This document shows, piece after piece, positions 47,336-57,853 of a stretch of DNA of 64,000 bases (positions are counted from its first letter, which is position 1; the number at the start of each line of letters is the position of its first letter). The translations under genes and the position numbers were made by a program. The notes under the pieces are model-generated. The model saw only the letters and a program-made list of their open reading frames with translations, was not told where the DNA came from and did no database searches. Origin of the DNA: Alphaproteobacteria bacterium (lineage in GTDB: Bacteria > Pseudomonadota > Alphaproteobacteria > MPNO01); NCBI GenBank assembly GCA_963422565.1, contig OY730228.1, positions 560,622-624,621 on the forward strand, given 5' to 3'.

Positions 47336-49226
47336 CAGCGCGCCCCAGCGCCTCGAGCGCGGCCGCCAGGATGTTCCGCGACTGCAGGCCGGCGATTTCG
47401 TATTGGCGTTGCGGCTTGTCCTGGTCGATGAAGATGTCGGGGAGCACCATCGGTCGGACCTTGAGGCCACGGTCGAGGACGCCGGTCTCGGCCAGGAAAT
47501 GCAGCACCTGGGTTCCGAACCCGCCGATCGTCCCCTCCTCGACGGTGATCAGCACCTCGTGTGCGCGCGCGAGATCGCGCACCAGCGCCCGGTCCAGCGG
47601 CTTCGCGAACCGGGCGTCGGCGACGGTCGTCGACAGCCCGCGCCACCCGAGATCGTCGGCCGCCGCCAGCGCTTCCCCGAGCCGCGCGCCGTAGGACAGG
47701 ATCGCGACCGTGCCGCCCTCGCGCAGGATGCGGCCCTTGCCGATCGGCAGGATCTCCCCGCGCTCCGGCATGGCGACCCCGAAGCCGACGCCGCGCGGGT
47801 AGCGGAACGCGGAGGGCGCATCGTCGATGCTCGCCGCCGTCCGCACCATATGGACGAGCTCGGCCTCGTCGGCCGCCGCCATCAGCACTATTCCCGGCAG
47901 ACAGCCGAGATAGGCGATGTCGAAGGCGCCGGCATGGGTCTGGCCGTCCGCCCCCACCAGACCGGCACGATCGATGGCGAATCTGACCGGCAGGGCCTGG
48001 ATCGCGACGTCGTGGACGATCTGGTCGTAGGCGCGCTGCAGAAAGGTGGAGTAGATCGCGGCGAACGGCCTCATGCCGTCCGCGGCGAGCCCGGCGGCAA
48101 AGGTCACGGCGTGCTGCTCCGCGAGCCCCACATCGAAGCAGCGCGCCGGGAAGGCCTCCTGAAACAGGTCGAGCCCGGTCCCCGACGGCATCGCCGCGGT
48201 GATCGCGCAGATGCGGTCGTCGTCCCGCGCCTCGGCGACCAGGCTCCGGGCGAAGACCCGGGTGAAGGACGGCGCGTTCGAGGCCGACGCGACCTGGACG
48301 CCGGTGCCGACATCGAAGCTGGACACGCCGTGATACTTGTCGGCGGACTGTTCCGCCGGCGGGTAGCCCTTCCCCTTCTGGGTCACGACATGGACCAGAA
48401 TCGGCCCCCGGGCCCGGTCGTCGCGCACGTTCCGCAGGATCGGCAGGAGATGGTCGAGATTGTGGCCGTCGATCGGACCGACATAGTAGAAGCCGAGCTC
48501 CTCGAACAGCGTGCCGCCGGTGACCATGCCGCGGGCATATTCCTCGGCCCGTTTGAGGCCGCGCTCCACCGCCCGCGGGAAGCTCTCGGCCATGTTCCGG
48601 GCAATGTCGCGGAGCGATCGGTAGCCCTTGGACGAGATCAGCCGCGACAGATAGGCGCTCATCGCCCCCACCGGCGGGGCGATCGACATGTCGTTGTCGT
48701 TGAGGATGACGATGAGCGGCGTGTCCCTGGAGCCCGCGTTGTTCAGCCCCTCATAGGCCATGCCGCCGGTCAGCGCGCCGTCGCCGATCACCGCCACGAC
48801 CCGGCTCTCGCGCCCCTTCAGCTCGCGGGAGACGGCGAAGCCGAGCGCTGCCGAGATGGAAGTCGAGGCATGTGCCGCACCGAAGGGGTCGTAGGCGCTC
48901 TCCGACCGCTTGGTGAAACCGGAGAGCCCTCCACCCTGGCGCAGAGTACGGATCCGCGCGCGCCGCCCGGTGAGGATCTTGTGCGGATAGCATTGATGGC
49001 CGACATCCCAGATCAGGATGTCTTCCGGGGTATCGAACAGATGGTGGACGGCCACCGTGAGCTCGACCACCCCGAGGCCGGCCCCGAGATGGCCGCCGGT
49101 GTTGGAGACCGCATCGATGGTCTCCGCCCGGAGCTCGCCGGCGAGCGTCTTCAGCTCCTCGATCGACATCGCGCGCAGCCCGTCGGGCCAGGCGGCGCGG
49201 TCGAGATGCGGGGTCTCGGGGGGCAT
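47304..49226 (-). CDS. dxs: 1-deoxy-D-xylulose-5-phosphate synthase
   Basis: [52 protein letters not shown]. Confidence 0.98.
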   Translation of the reverse strand: MPPETPHLDRAAWPDGLRAMSIEELKTLAGELRAETIDAVSNTGGHLGAGLGVVELTVAVHHLFDTPEDILIWDVGHQCYPHKILTGRRARIRTLRQGGGLSGFTKRSESAYDPFGAAHASTSISAALGFAVSRELKGRESRVVAVIGDGALTGGMAYEGLNNAGSRDTPLIVILNDNDMSIAPPVGAMSAYLSRLISSKGYRSLRDIARNMAESFPRAVERGLKRAEEYARGMVTGGTLFEELGFYYVGPIDGHNLDHLLPILRNVRDDRARGPILVHVVTQKGKGYPPAEQSADKYHGVSSFDVGTGVQVASASNAPSFTRVFARSLVAEARDDDRICAITAAMPSGTGLDLFQEAFPARCFDVGLAEQHAVTFAAGLAADGMRPFAAIYSTFLQRAYDQIVHDVAIQALPVRFAIDRAGLVGADGQTHAGAFDIAYLGCLPGIVLMAAADEAELVHMVRTAASIDDAPSAFRYPRGVGFGVAMPERGEILPIGKGRILREGGTVAILSYGARLGEALAAADDLGWRGLSTTVADARFAKPLDRALVRDLARAHEVLITVEEGTIGGFGTQVLHFLAETGVLDRGLKVRPMVLPDIFIDQDKPQRQYEIAGLQSRNILAAALEALGRADDAEGAIRRA

Positions 49227-49231
49227 CGGCG

Positions 49232-50137
49232 TCAGCTCCGCCGCGTCAGAATGTAGGCGCCGAAGTCGCGCAGCGGCTGCGCCGCGCCGCCGAGCCCCGC
49301 GAGATGGGAGAGGGCGCGCTCCACCAGGGCGGCCGCCTCGTGCCGCGCCCCGTCCACGCCGAGCGCGGCGGGCAGGGTCGCCCTTCCGGCGGCAGCATCC
49401 TTGCCGATCGCCTTGCCGAGCACGGCCGCGTCGCCGGCCACATCCAGCACGTCGTCGATGGCCTGGAAAGCGCGGCCGATATCGCGGCCGAACGCGCCGA
49501 GGTCGCGGCGCAGCCGGGCGCCGGCATCGGCGAGGATGGCGCCCGCCTCGCAGCTGAAGGCGATGAGCGCGCCGGTCTTCAGCTCGTCGAGGGCGGCGAT
49601 CGTCCGGCGGTCGGCGGCGCCGTGCCGGACGGTCAGGTCCATCATCTGGCCGCCGACCATGCCCGTCCCGCCGGCGGCCCGCGCGAGCGCCCGCACCAGC
49701 TCGCAGCGGACCGACGGGTCGGGATGGACCCTGGGATCCGACGCGATCTCGAAGGCGGCGGTGAGCAGCGCGTCGCCGGCGAGGATAGCGGCCGCCTCGT
49801 CGAAGGCGACATGGCAGGAAGGCTTGCCGCGGCGCATGTCGTCGTCGTCCATCGACGGCAGATCGTCATGGACGAGCGAATAGGCGTGGACCATCTCGAC
49901 CGCCGCGGCGAGCAGCAGCGCGCCGCTCTCCTCGGCTCCGGCGAGTCGGGCGCAGGCTCTGACCAGGAAGGCGCGCAGCCGCTTGCCGCCGCCGAGGGCG
50001 CCGTAGCGCATCGCCTCGAACAGCCGAGACGCCGCACCCTCGGGGCGCGGCAGCTCGGCGTCGAGCACCGCCTCGACCGCCGAGGCGGTGTCGGCCAACA
50101 GATCCGCGAAACCGCTCTCGACCGCCGTCTCATTCAA
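49232..50137 (-). CDS. ispA: Polyprenyl (farnesyl) diphosphate synthase
   Basis: [31 protein letters not shown]; TTG start. Confidence 0.95.
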   Translation of the reverse strand: MNETAVESGFADLLADTASAVEAVLDAELPRPEGAASRLFEAMRYGALGGGKRLRAFLVRACARLAGAEESGALLLAAAVEMVHAYSLVHDDLPSMDDDDMRRGKPSCHVAFDEAAAILAGDALLTAAFEIASDPRVHPDPSVRCELVRALARAAGGTGMVGGQMMDLTVRHGAADRRTIAALDELKTGALIAFSCEAGAILADAGARLRRDLGAFGRDIGRAFQAIDDVLDVAGDAAVLGKAIGKDAAAGRATLPAALGVDGARHEAAALVERALSHLAGLGGAAQPLRDFGAYILTRRS

Positions 50138-50396
50138 GATCGGCGGGCTCCGTGCCGACCGCCGCGCCGTCTTCGAAGACGATCCTGTCGACCCGCGTCT
50201 TCGCGTCGCTCAACTTCGCCTCACAATGCTTCTTGAGCGCAACCCCCCGCTCATAGGCGGCAATGGCCTCGTCCAGCTTGTCCGGGCCCTCCTCCAGCCG
50301 GCGTACGATCGCTTCCAGTTCGGCCAGGGCGTCCTCGAAGGAAAGGGCGGCGACTACGCCGGCCGAGCCCCGATCATTCGTGTCCGTCGCGGTCAT
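50130..50396 (-). CDS. xseB: Exodeoxyribonuclease VII small subunit
   Basis: LSFEDALAELEAIVRRLE...LDEAIAAYERG...C..KL. Confidence 0.94.
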   Translation of the reverse strand: MTATDTNDRGSAGVVAALSFEDALAELEAIVRRLEEGPDKLDEAIAAYERGVALKKHCEAKLSDAKTRVDRIVFEDGAAVGTEPADLE

Positions 50397-50547
50397 CCCG
50401 GCTCCTCCGGCGGCGCGCCAGCCTAGCGGGGACCGACCTTGTCGGCAAGCTGTCGATGGCGGCGGCAGTTCTCGTTCCGAGGACCACGACCGGCCGGACC
50501 GGGTTCCGCGGACGCATCGCCGGGCACGTATCGAGGACGATCGGCGC

Positions 50548-51978
50548 TCAGCTCGTTCCCGACGACATCTCCGGCTCGTCGAGGAAGTCGGCCAGATCGA
50601 CGCTCCCGTGGTTGTGCGGCAGGGCCGGGGCGAACCGTGCGCGGCCGGCCGCATCGGCCGCCGCCGGCATCGTCGCATCGATCATCGTCTTGGTGCCGAT
50701 CCGGTACATCGCGCTCATCCCCGGCACGATGTCGGAGACGTTGTCGAGCGACCAGATCCGCGTGTTGGGGATGCGGACGACATCGCGGGACGCTTCGACT
50801 CTGGTGGTCAGCGACCAGAAGATCTGGCGGAGATCGCCCGCATCGATATCCTCGTCGACGGCGATCGCGAGCTTGGGGTGCAGATAGGGGCTGGACAGGG
50901 CGGCCATCAGCGCCGTCCTGGCTTGGCCCTCGACGCGCGGGCGGAGCTTGAGGACGATCGCCATCAGCCCCGAGATGCCGAGCAGACGCACGTCGCGCAG
51001 GTCGAGCCCGCCCTCGACGTTGCGCAGATGCTCGGTGACGACGGTTTCGATGCAGGCGCCGGTGATCGACTGGGTGTCGGTCATCGGGATGCCGCACTGC
51101 ATCGAATAGAAGATCGGTTCGGATCGCATGGTGATCGCCTTGACCCGGAAGACCTGGGTCGCGCCTTCCATCGCGTAGGTCCCGGTGGCCTCACCGAACG
51201 GCCCCTCCGGCGTCATCGCGTCCGGCAGGACCTCGCCCTCGATCACGATCTCGGCTTCGGCGGGCACTTCGAGATCGACCGTCTCGCATTGGACCAGCCG
51301 GATCGGATCGTCGAGCAGGGCGCCCGCGATACCGAGCTCGTCAAGCCCGTAGCTGGAGGTGAAAGCCGCCGCGTAGTAGAGCGCCGGATGGGCGCCGATG
51401 ACCATCGCCACCGGCATCGGCTCTCCGCGCGCCTGGTACATCTGGAATATGCGGAGCGCGTGGCGGGGGCAGATCAGGAAACCCGTCCGGTCCGGTCCCA
51501 GAATCTGCTGGCGATGGATCGACATGTTGCGGATGCCGGTCTCGGGATCCTTGATGATCGCCATCCCCGAAGCGATGTAGGGGGCGGGGTCGTTCTCGGA
51601 ATGCCAGACCGCCGGGATGCGGGTGAGATCCGCCGCCTCGCCGGTGAGCACGACCCGCTTCACCGGCGCCGCGCCACGCCCGACCATGACCGGCGGCACC
51701 GGCTTCCGGATGCGCGCGCCGAGGGTCCCGATCAACGTGTCCGGGTCGGAGTCGAGCGCGATCGCCCATTTCCGGCGGTCGGCGACGATCTGGCTGCAGA
51801 TCCGCCAGCCGGGAAAGCCGGTGGGGTCGGAATAGAGCGTGGCCTTCCCGAGCGAGTCGTATGTCTTCCAGGAGAGCGCCGAGACGTTCTCGTGCGGGTC
51901 GACGGGCCTGGCGACGCGGACCAGCTCGCCCTGCTGTTCGAGATTGCCGAGATGGCCCCGGATGGACTGGTCGCGCAT
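50548..51978 (-). CDS. UbiD-family prFMN-dependent (de)carboxylase
   Basis: NMSIHRQQ, EAEIVIEG, EGPFGEATG, KLAIAVDEDID. Confidence 0.92.
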   Translation of the reverse strand: MRDQSIRGHLGNLEQQGELVRVARPVDPHENVSALSWKTYDSLGKATLYSDPTGFPGWRICSQIVADRRKWAIALDSDPDTLIGTLGARIRKPVPPVMVGRGAAPVKRVVLTGEAADLTRIPAVWHSENDPAPYIASGMAIIKDPETGIRNMSIHRQQILGPDRTGFLICPRHALRIFQMYQARGEPMPVAMVIGAHPALYYAAAFTSSYGLDELGIAGALLDDPIRLVQCETVDLEVPAEAEIVIEGEVLPDAMTPEGPFGEATGTYAMEGATQVFRVKAITMRSEPIFYSMQCGIPMTDTQSITGACIETVVTEHLRNVEGGLDLRDVRLLGISGLMAIVLKLRPRVEGQARTALMAALSSPYLHPKLAIAVDEDIDAGDLRQIFWSLTTRVEASRDVVRIPNTRIWSLDNVSDIVPGMSAMYRIGTKTMIDATMPAAADAAGRARFAPALPHNHGSVDLADFLDEPEMSSGTS

Positions 51979-52085
51979 TCCGCTCTCCCCGCCATGATGC
52001 GCTGCCGAGTATCGAGCACCGGGCGCAGCCCGCAAGGCCGGCGTTCGCTGCTATAGTCCGGGGCGCATCGGGGAGGAGGACGGCG

Positions 52086-53120
52086 ATGGGCGAGACCCTG
52101 CTGCCGACGACAGTCGTGGGAAGCTATGTCCAGCCGGACTGGCTGATCGACCGGCAAAACCTCAAGGGCCGGCTGCCGCCCCGGGTGCGCGCCGAGGAGA
52201 TGTGGAAGATCGCCCCGGCCGACCTCGAGGAAGCCCAGGACACGGCCACGCTCGCCGCCATCCACGACATGGAGCGGGCCGGCGTCGACATCGTCACCGA
52301 CGGCGAGATCCGCCGCGAGAGCTACTCCAACCGGTTCGCGACGGCGCTCGGCGGCATCGACATCGACAGGCCGGGGGTGGCGATGGACCGCACCGGCCAC
52401 CCCAACCCGGTGCCACGCATCGCCGGCGAGATCCGCCGCACCCGTCCGGTCGAGCTCCGCGACGCCGAGTTCCTCGTCGCCAACACCGGCCGGCGGACCA
52501 AGATCACCATCCCCGGTCCGTTCACCATGACCCAGCAGGCGCAGAACGACCATTACCCGGACGCCGCAGCGGCGGCGATGGACTATGCCGCGGCGGTCAA
52601 CGAGGAGATCAGGACTCTGTTCGCGGCCGGCGTCGATGTGGTCCAGCTCGACGAGCCCTACATGCAGGCCCGGCCGGAGACCGCCAGATCCTATGCGATC
52701 GCAGCCATCGACCGGGCGCTCGACGGGGTGACCGGAACAACGGCCCTGCATCTCTGCTTCGGCTACGCCCACATCGTCCACGACCGGCCGAGCGGCTACT
52801 CCTTCCTGCCCGAGCTCGAGCGGGCAGCGGTCGACCAGGTCTCGATCGAGGCGGCCCAGCCCGATCTCGACCTGGAGATCTTGAAGGCGCTCCCCTCCAA
52901 GACCGTCATCCTCGGCGTGCTGAATCTCGGCGATCCCGAGATCGAGACCCCCGAGACCGTCGCCCGACGCATCCGCCGCGCGCTCGACGTGCTGCCGCCC
53001 GAGCGCATCGTCGTCGCCCCCGATTGCGGGATGAAATATCTGAGCCGCGGGGTCGCCTTCGGCAAGCTCGCCGCCATGGTCGAAGGAACCCGTATCGTCC
53101 GCCGCGAGATCGCAGGGTGA
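52086..53120 (+). CDS. Single-barrel (core) cobalamin-independent methionine synthase-like Zn enzyme
   Basis: TTVVGSY, DIVTDGEIRRE, VQLDEP, LHLCFG and PDCG Zn ligands; no N-terminal MetE half. Confidence 0.88.
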   Translation: MGETLLPTTVVGSYVQPDWLIDRQNLKGRLPPRVRAEEMWKIAPADLEEAQDTATLAAIHDMERAGVDIVTDGEIRRESYSNRFATALGGIDIDRPGVAMDRTGHPNPVPRIAGEIRRTRPVELRDAEFLVANTGRRTKITIPGPFTMTQQAQNDHYPDAAAAAMDYAAAVNEEIRTLFAAGVDVVQLDEPYMQARPETARSYAIAAIDRALDGVTGTTALHLCFGYAHIVHDRPSGYSFLPELERAAVDQVSIEAAQPDLDLEILKALPSKTVILGVLNLGDPEIETPETVARRIRRALDVLPPERIVVAPDCGMKYLSRGVAFGKLAAMVEGTRIVRREIAG

Positions 53121-53195
53121 CCCGAACGCGCCGCCGGGCGGGATCGCATGGCTCCGGCTGCGGGACGAACATGATCGCAACGATGAGGTGTGGAG

Positions 53196-53933
53196 ATGAC
53201 GAATTTCGTTCTGATACACGGTGCTTGGCATTACGGGGCTCTATGGGAGGATGTCGCGAGACCGCTGCGCGCCGCAGGCCATACCGTCCACACGCCCACG
53301 CTCGCCGGCAACGGCCCGGGCGAGGATGTCGACCGGACCGTGGGCCATGCGGAGGCGGCGGCGTCCGCCATCGACTATGTGGCGAGCCGGGATCTGAAGG
53401 ATTTCGTCCTCCTCGGCCATTCCTACGGCGGCACTATCGTCTCCAGGATGGCGGAAGAGATGCCGGATCGGATCCGGAGGCTGATCTATTGGAACGCCTT
53501 CGTTCTCAATGACGGCGAGTCGGTCGAAGCCGTGAGCCCGCCGCTCTACGGGGAGCTCATGCGGAATATTCTGGAGTCGGGAGACTATGGCCCGGGCGCG
53601 GTCAAATTGCCGTTCCCGATCTGGCGCGAGGCGTTCATGAACGATGCGGACCTTGCTCTCGCCGAGAAGACATACGAGTTGACGACGCCGCACCCGCTCA
53701 AAACGCTGACCGATCCGGTCGCGCTCGAATCCTTCCACGACCTACATATCCCGCGGTCCTATCTCAACTGCACCGAGGACATCGCCATGCCGCCGGGGGA
53801 GTTCGCCTGGTGCCCCCGATTCCCGGCGCGTCTCGGGCTCTGCCGCCTGGTTCAGATGCCGGGCGGGCACGAGGCATGCTTCACCAACCCCGGCCTTCTC
53901 GCCGAAAAGATCGTCGAGGCCGGTCGGGACTGA
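53196..53933 (+). CDS. Alpha/beta hydrolase (salicylate/methyl-esterase-like)
   Basis: FVLIHGAWH, GHSYGG nucleophile elbow, TEDIAMP, GGHEAC. Confidence 0.9.
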   Translation: MTNFVLIHGAWHYGALWEDVARPLRAAGHTVHTPTLAGNGPGEDVDRTVGHAEAAASAIDYVASRDLKDFVLLGHSYGGTIVSRMAEEMPDRIRRLIYWNAFVLNDGESVEAVSPPLYGELMRNILESGDYGPGAVKLPFPIWREAFMNDADLALAEKTYELTTPHPLKTLTDPVALESFHDLHIPRSYLNCTEDIAMPPGEFAWCPRFPARLGLCRLVQMPGGHEACFTNPGLLAEKIVEAGRD

Positions 53934-53949
53934 GGCGGACGAAACCCTG

Positions 53950-53971
53950 CCGTCCGTCCGTCCGTCCGTCC
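53950..53971. repeat. (CCGT)5.5 tetranucleotide microsatellite
   Basis: c-cgtc-cgtc-cgtc-cgtc-cgtc-c, read directly. Confidence 0.85.
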
Positions 53972-54080
53972 CGATCCCGGACGCCGGGTTGCGGTGCAAG
54001 ACGGCTTCTTCCATGCTGTCGGGCTCGAACCCCGGCTTCGACGGCTCCGGCCGAAGAAGCACTCAAGGAGGAGCATACCC

Positions 54081-55085
54081 ATGTTGAGATTGTCGGTCGC
54101 GATGCTTGTGGCGAGTATCGCCTCGCTAGCCGCAGGCCCGGCGAGCGCACAACAGATCCTCAAAGCGGAAACGGGCAATCCCGGTTCCACCGGTCACGCG
54201 CTCATCGTCGTGGCCTCGAAGATCTACAAGCGGGAACTCGGAATCGATATCCAGATCAACGACAGCCAGACTCTGACGAAGTCAGCGTTGAAGCTCGGTC
54301 GGAACCAGATCGACATCATGGCGATGCCCACGTCCGTCTACAAGTTTCTGGCCGCGGGTTCGCGCATGTACAAAAAGAGGCTGCACGAACAGGCCATCGA
54401 GGCGGGCAAGAACATTCGCGCGCTGCTCGGATTCCAAGCGGTCGTGTTCCACCCCGTGACATTCGATGTCGACGGCATCAAGACTTGGAAGGACATCAAG
54501 GGCAAACGCGTGTTCGTCGGCCCGCCCGCGGGCGCGGCGTCGGTGACCGTGCAGACCATGATCAGGACGCTGACCGGCTACGAGCCGAACAAGGACTACA
54601 AGGCCGTCAAGCTGAACTGGGGTTCGGGCCTGCAAGCCATGATGGACGGCAAGCTCGACGTATTCGTTCGTCCGGTCAATCCGGGCGGGGCGATCATCGA
54701 GCAGCTCGGCCTGTCGAAGAAGTTCAGAATTCTCGACTCGGACACATCGACCGAGGCCTGGAAGAAATGGCTGAAGGGTCCCGGACGCTTCACCGGCGTT
54801 ATTCCGGCCAACACCTATAGCGGTCAGGTCGACAACGACAAGGCGATCAACGCCGGTGCGGCGACGTTCCATCTCGCCGTCCGCGGGGACATGTCGGACG
54901 ATATGGCCTACAAGATGGTCGACGCCCTATGGAGCAACCTGGACGAGGTGCACAAGACCTCCGTGATCCTCAAGCCGATCACGATGGAGACGCCGTTCGT
55001 CGGCGTGAATGCAAAGCTGCACCCGGGCGCCGTCAGATATTACGAGGAGAAGGGCGTCTCCGTTCCGGCCGCCCTGATGCCGTAG
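54081..55085 (+). CDS. TAXI-family TRAP solute-binding protein (with signal peptide)
   Basis: AGGAGG RBS; signal peptide ending ASA-Q; KRVFVGPPAG; LHPGAVRYYEE. Confidence 0.9.
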   Translation: MLRLSVAMLVASIASLAAGPASAQQILKAETGNPGSTGHALIVVASKIYKRELGIDIQINDSQTLTKSALKLGRNQIDIMAMPTSVYKFLAAGSRMYKKRLHEQAIEAGKNIRALLGFQAVVFHPVTFDVDGIKTWKDIKGKRVFVGPPAGAASVTVQTMIRTLTGYEPNKDYKAVKLNWGSGLQAMMDGKLDVFVRPVNPGGAIIEQLGLSKKFRILDSDTSTEAWKKWLKGPGRFTGVIPANTYSGQVDNDKAINAGAATFHLAVRGDMSDDMAYKMVDALWSNLDEVHKTSVILKPITMETPFVGVNAKLHPGAVRYYEEKGVSVPAALMP

Positions 55086-55166
55086 CGCCGCCGTTCCCGT
55101 GCTTCGATCGGGGTCGGCCGGTTTCCGCGATGACGGGGTCGGCCCCGATCGAAGAGCCGTCCTGAC

Positions 55167-57134
55167 ATGAGCGGTCCGGCAGATCGGTCCGAAGCCCCCC
55201 GCTCGCCGATGGCGAAGGCGGCGAAGGCGGCGGCGTTCCCGGTGGCCCTGTTCATGGCTCTGCTGGGCATCGCCAACTCTTCGCCGAAGTTCTGGATCGT
55301 GCCGACGGTGGGGCCGTTCGATTCGGAATGGATGCGCCCGGTCGTCCTCGCCTGTTCGGTCTTCATCGTCCTGTCGACCAGAGGCTTCGCGCAAGATTTC
55401 GCGGCGCGGAATTCTCCGCATGTCCGGCTGGGTGCCCTGATCGACCTGGTTCTCGCCGCTGCCGCTTTCTGGTGCTTCTGGCGTTACTATGTCGACGTCT
55501 CCGAGATCGAGGAGGGGCTGTTCGATTTCGAGCTGATCCACCCGATCATCGCCCTGGTCGGATCGGGTGTGTTCATCGTCATCTGCTGGAAGCTATGGGG
55601 CGCGCCGCTGGCGATCTGCGGCGTCGCCGCGCTGGTCTATTTCTTTTCGGGAGAGTATTGGCCCTGGATCTTCAAAACCGCGCCGATCATCTTCGTGGAT
55701 ACCGCCGAGGACCTCTGGTTCAATCTGAACGACGGGATTCTCGGCACCCTGATGGGAATATTGATATTCACGGTGTTTCCGTTCGTTCTCCTCGGCACCA
55801 TGCTCGAGCAGATGGGCGGAGGACGCTCGCTGATCAAGTTGGCGTTCCACGTCACGCGAAATTTCCGCGGCGGGCCGGCCCATGCCGCGATCCTCGCCTC
55901 CGGTCTCTTCGGGACGATGTCGGGCGGCGCGGTCACCAACGTGGTGGCGACCGGCGTGATCACCATCCCGATGATCAAGAGACGAGGATTCAGCCCAGCA
56001 TTCGCGGGCGGAGTCGAAGCGACGGCCTCGAGCGCCGGGCAGATCATGCCGCCGATCATGGGCGCGGCAGCGCTGGTCATGGCCGATTTTACGGGTCTCT
56101 CCTACCTGACGATCATCGCCGCCGCCCTGGTCCCGGCGCTCGCCTACTACACGAGCCTCTTCGCAAGCGTCGTCTTCGAGGCACGCCGCCTGGGCGTCGA
56201 GGCGGTTCCCGACATGGACAGCGATTTCACCGTTACCACCCAGGATTTCATCAACCTGGCCATGATCCTGATCCCGGTGGCCGTCGTCATCTTCACCCTT
56301 CTCCGCGGCTTCTCGCCGGCCGGGGCGGGCATGCTGGCGATGTACAGCGTGATCGTTCTCAGCTTTCTCAATCCGGAAATCCGCCGCAACCCGCTCAAGA
56401 TCGTGACCGCACTGGCGCGGGGGGCCGAGACGCAGGCCTCCCTGCTGATGGCGATCGGCGTCGTCGGAATCGTGGTCGCGGTGCTCGGCGCGACCGGCCT
56501 GCCGAACGACTTCGCGCAGGTGGTCGGGCAGGCGACCGGCACCCAGCTGTTCCTGACTCTCGCGGTCGCGGCCTTCGCGGCGCTGATGCTGGGCATGGGC
56601 ATGCCGACGCTTCCGGCCTATCTGACGATCATCCTGATCCTCGGACCCTCGATGCAGACCCTGGGCATCTCGGTCCTGACGGCGCATCTCTTCGTGTTCT
56701 ATTTCGGCGTCGCGTCGTCGATCACGCCGCCGGTCGCGGTCGCCGCCTACGCAGCAGCGTCGATTTCGGGCGGCTCGCCGCTGATCACCTCGGTCTACGC
56801 GATGCGCATCGGCCTTGTAAAATTCGTGGTACCGTTCATTTTCGCCTTCTATCCGGTCATGCTGATCGTGCCCGAAAGCGGCGTCGCGTTCGACGCTCCG
56901 TCCTTCGCGTCGATCGTCTTTCGGATGCTGGTCGTGATCTACCTGGTATCGGGCTCCGTCATCGCGTTCGATCGAAGACGCCTTCCGCTTTGGGAGATCG
57001 CGCTACGTCTGGTTCTGGCGCTCGCCGTCCTGGCGATGGATCCGATGGTCCATTGGCCGGCGACGGGATCGGCGTTCCTCTATCTGGGCTGGCATTATCT
57101 GAAATTTTCCACGCCCCCGAGCGCCGCTCGCTGA
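55167..57134 (+). CDS. TRAP transporter fused (4TM/12TM) permease, TAXI type
   Basis: GGPAHAA, VVATG..TIPM, EATASSAGQIMPPIMGA, GMGMPT, ITPPVAVAAYAAA. Confidence 0.95.
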   Translation: MSGPADRSEAPRSPMAKAAKAAAFPVALFMALLGIANSSPKFWIVPTVGPFDSEWMRPVVLACSVFIVLSTRGFAQDFAARNSPHVRLGALIDLVLAAAAFWCFWRYYVDVSEIEEGLFDFELIHPIIALVGSGVFIVICWKLWGAPLAICGVAALVYFFSGEYWPWIFKTAPIIFVDTAEDLWFNLNDGILGTLMGILIFTVFPFVLLGTMLEQMGGGRSLIKLAFHVTRNFRGGPAHAAILASGLFGTMSGGAVTNVVATGVITIPMIKRRGFSPAFAGGVEATASSAGQIMPPIMGAAALVMADFTGLSYLTIIAAALVPALAYYTSLFASVVFEARRLGVEAVPDMDSDFTVTTQDFINLAMILIPVAVVIFTLLRGFSPAGAGMLAMYSVIVLSFLNPEIRRNPLKIVTALARGAETQASLLMAIGVVGIVVAVLGATGLPNDFAQVVGQATGTQLFLTLAVAAFAALMLGMGMPTLPAYLTIILILGPSMQTLGISVLTAHLFVFYFGVASSITPPVAVAAYAAASISGGSPLITSVYAMRIGLVKFVVPFIFAFYPVMLIVPESGVAFDAPSFASIVFRMLVVIYLVSGSVIAFDRRRLPLWEIALRLVLALAVLAMDPMVHWPATGSAFLYLGWHYLKFSTPPSAAR

Positions 57135-57180
57135 CCCTGCGGTCGTCAGGCCCGAGCCTCCATCGGACGGGTCCGGGCAG

Positions 57181-57825
57181 CTATGCCGCGTTGGCGAACT
57201 CCTCCAGGACCGTCTTTTCGTAGGCCAGGAGCTTTCGCACGCTCGCGCGGCCCTGCATGCGCGCGAAATGGGCCGCCGTGCCGGGGAAGGCGGAGAGGTC
57301 GAAATCGAACTGGGTCGCCCGCCGGCAGCACCAGAAGAAATGCGCGTCGGGCGAGGTGAAGCGATCGAAGAAATAGTCGCGGCCCTGCAGCATCTCCTCG
57401 GCGATCCCGAACGCTTCGGACAGATATTCCCGCGCGTGGCGGACCACGTTCTCGCCGGCCCCCGGCAGGTCGCAGACGCGCGGCGGAGCGTTGATGCGGC
57501 TGAGATAGGGGTGAATCCCCGACGAGCACCAGGAATGCAGAGAGATCGCCTTGAGCTCCTGCCACGGGTCGGCGGGCAGCAGGCCGGCATCCGGAAAGTT
57601 GCGCGCGATCCAGATCTGAATCGCCGTACTCTCCGTCATCGCCGCGCCGTCCACGACCAGGAGCGGCACCTTATGCTTCGGGTTGATCGTCATATAGTCC
57701 GCCGACATATGCTGCCTGCGGCCGAAATCGAGCGGCCGCACCTCGAACGCGGCTCCCGCTTCGGTGAGCGTGATATAGGGCGCGAGGGCGCAGGTTACCG
57801 GGGCGTAGTAGAGGGTGATCTTCAT
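57181..57825 (-). CDS. Beta-class-like glutathione S-transferase
   Basis: LYYAPVTCALAPYITL, INPKHKVPLL, TESTAI. Confidence 0.9.
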   Translation of the reverse strand: MKITLYYAPVTCALAPYITLTEAGAAFEVRPLDFGRRQHMSADYMTINPKHKVPLLVVDGAAMTESTAIQIWIARNFPDAGLLPADPWQELKAISLHSWCSSGIHPYLSRINAPPRVCDLPGAGENVVRHAREYLSEAFGIAEEMLQGRDYFFDRFTSPDAHFFWCCRRATQFDFDLSAFPGTAAHFARMQGRASVRKLLAYEKTVLEEFANAA

Positions 57826-57853
57826 GGGGTTCTCCTTTCGGGCCTGGTGGTCG

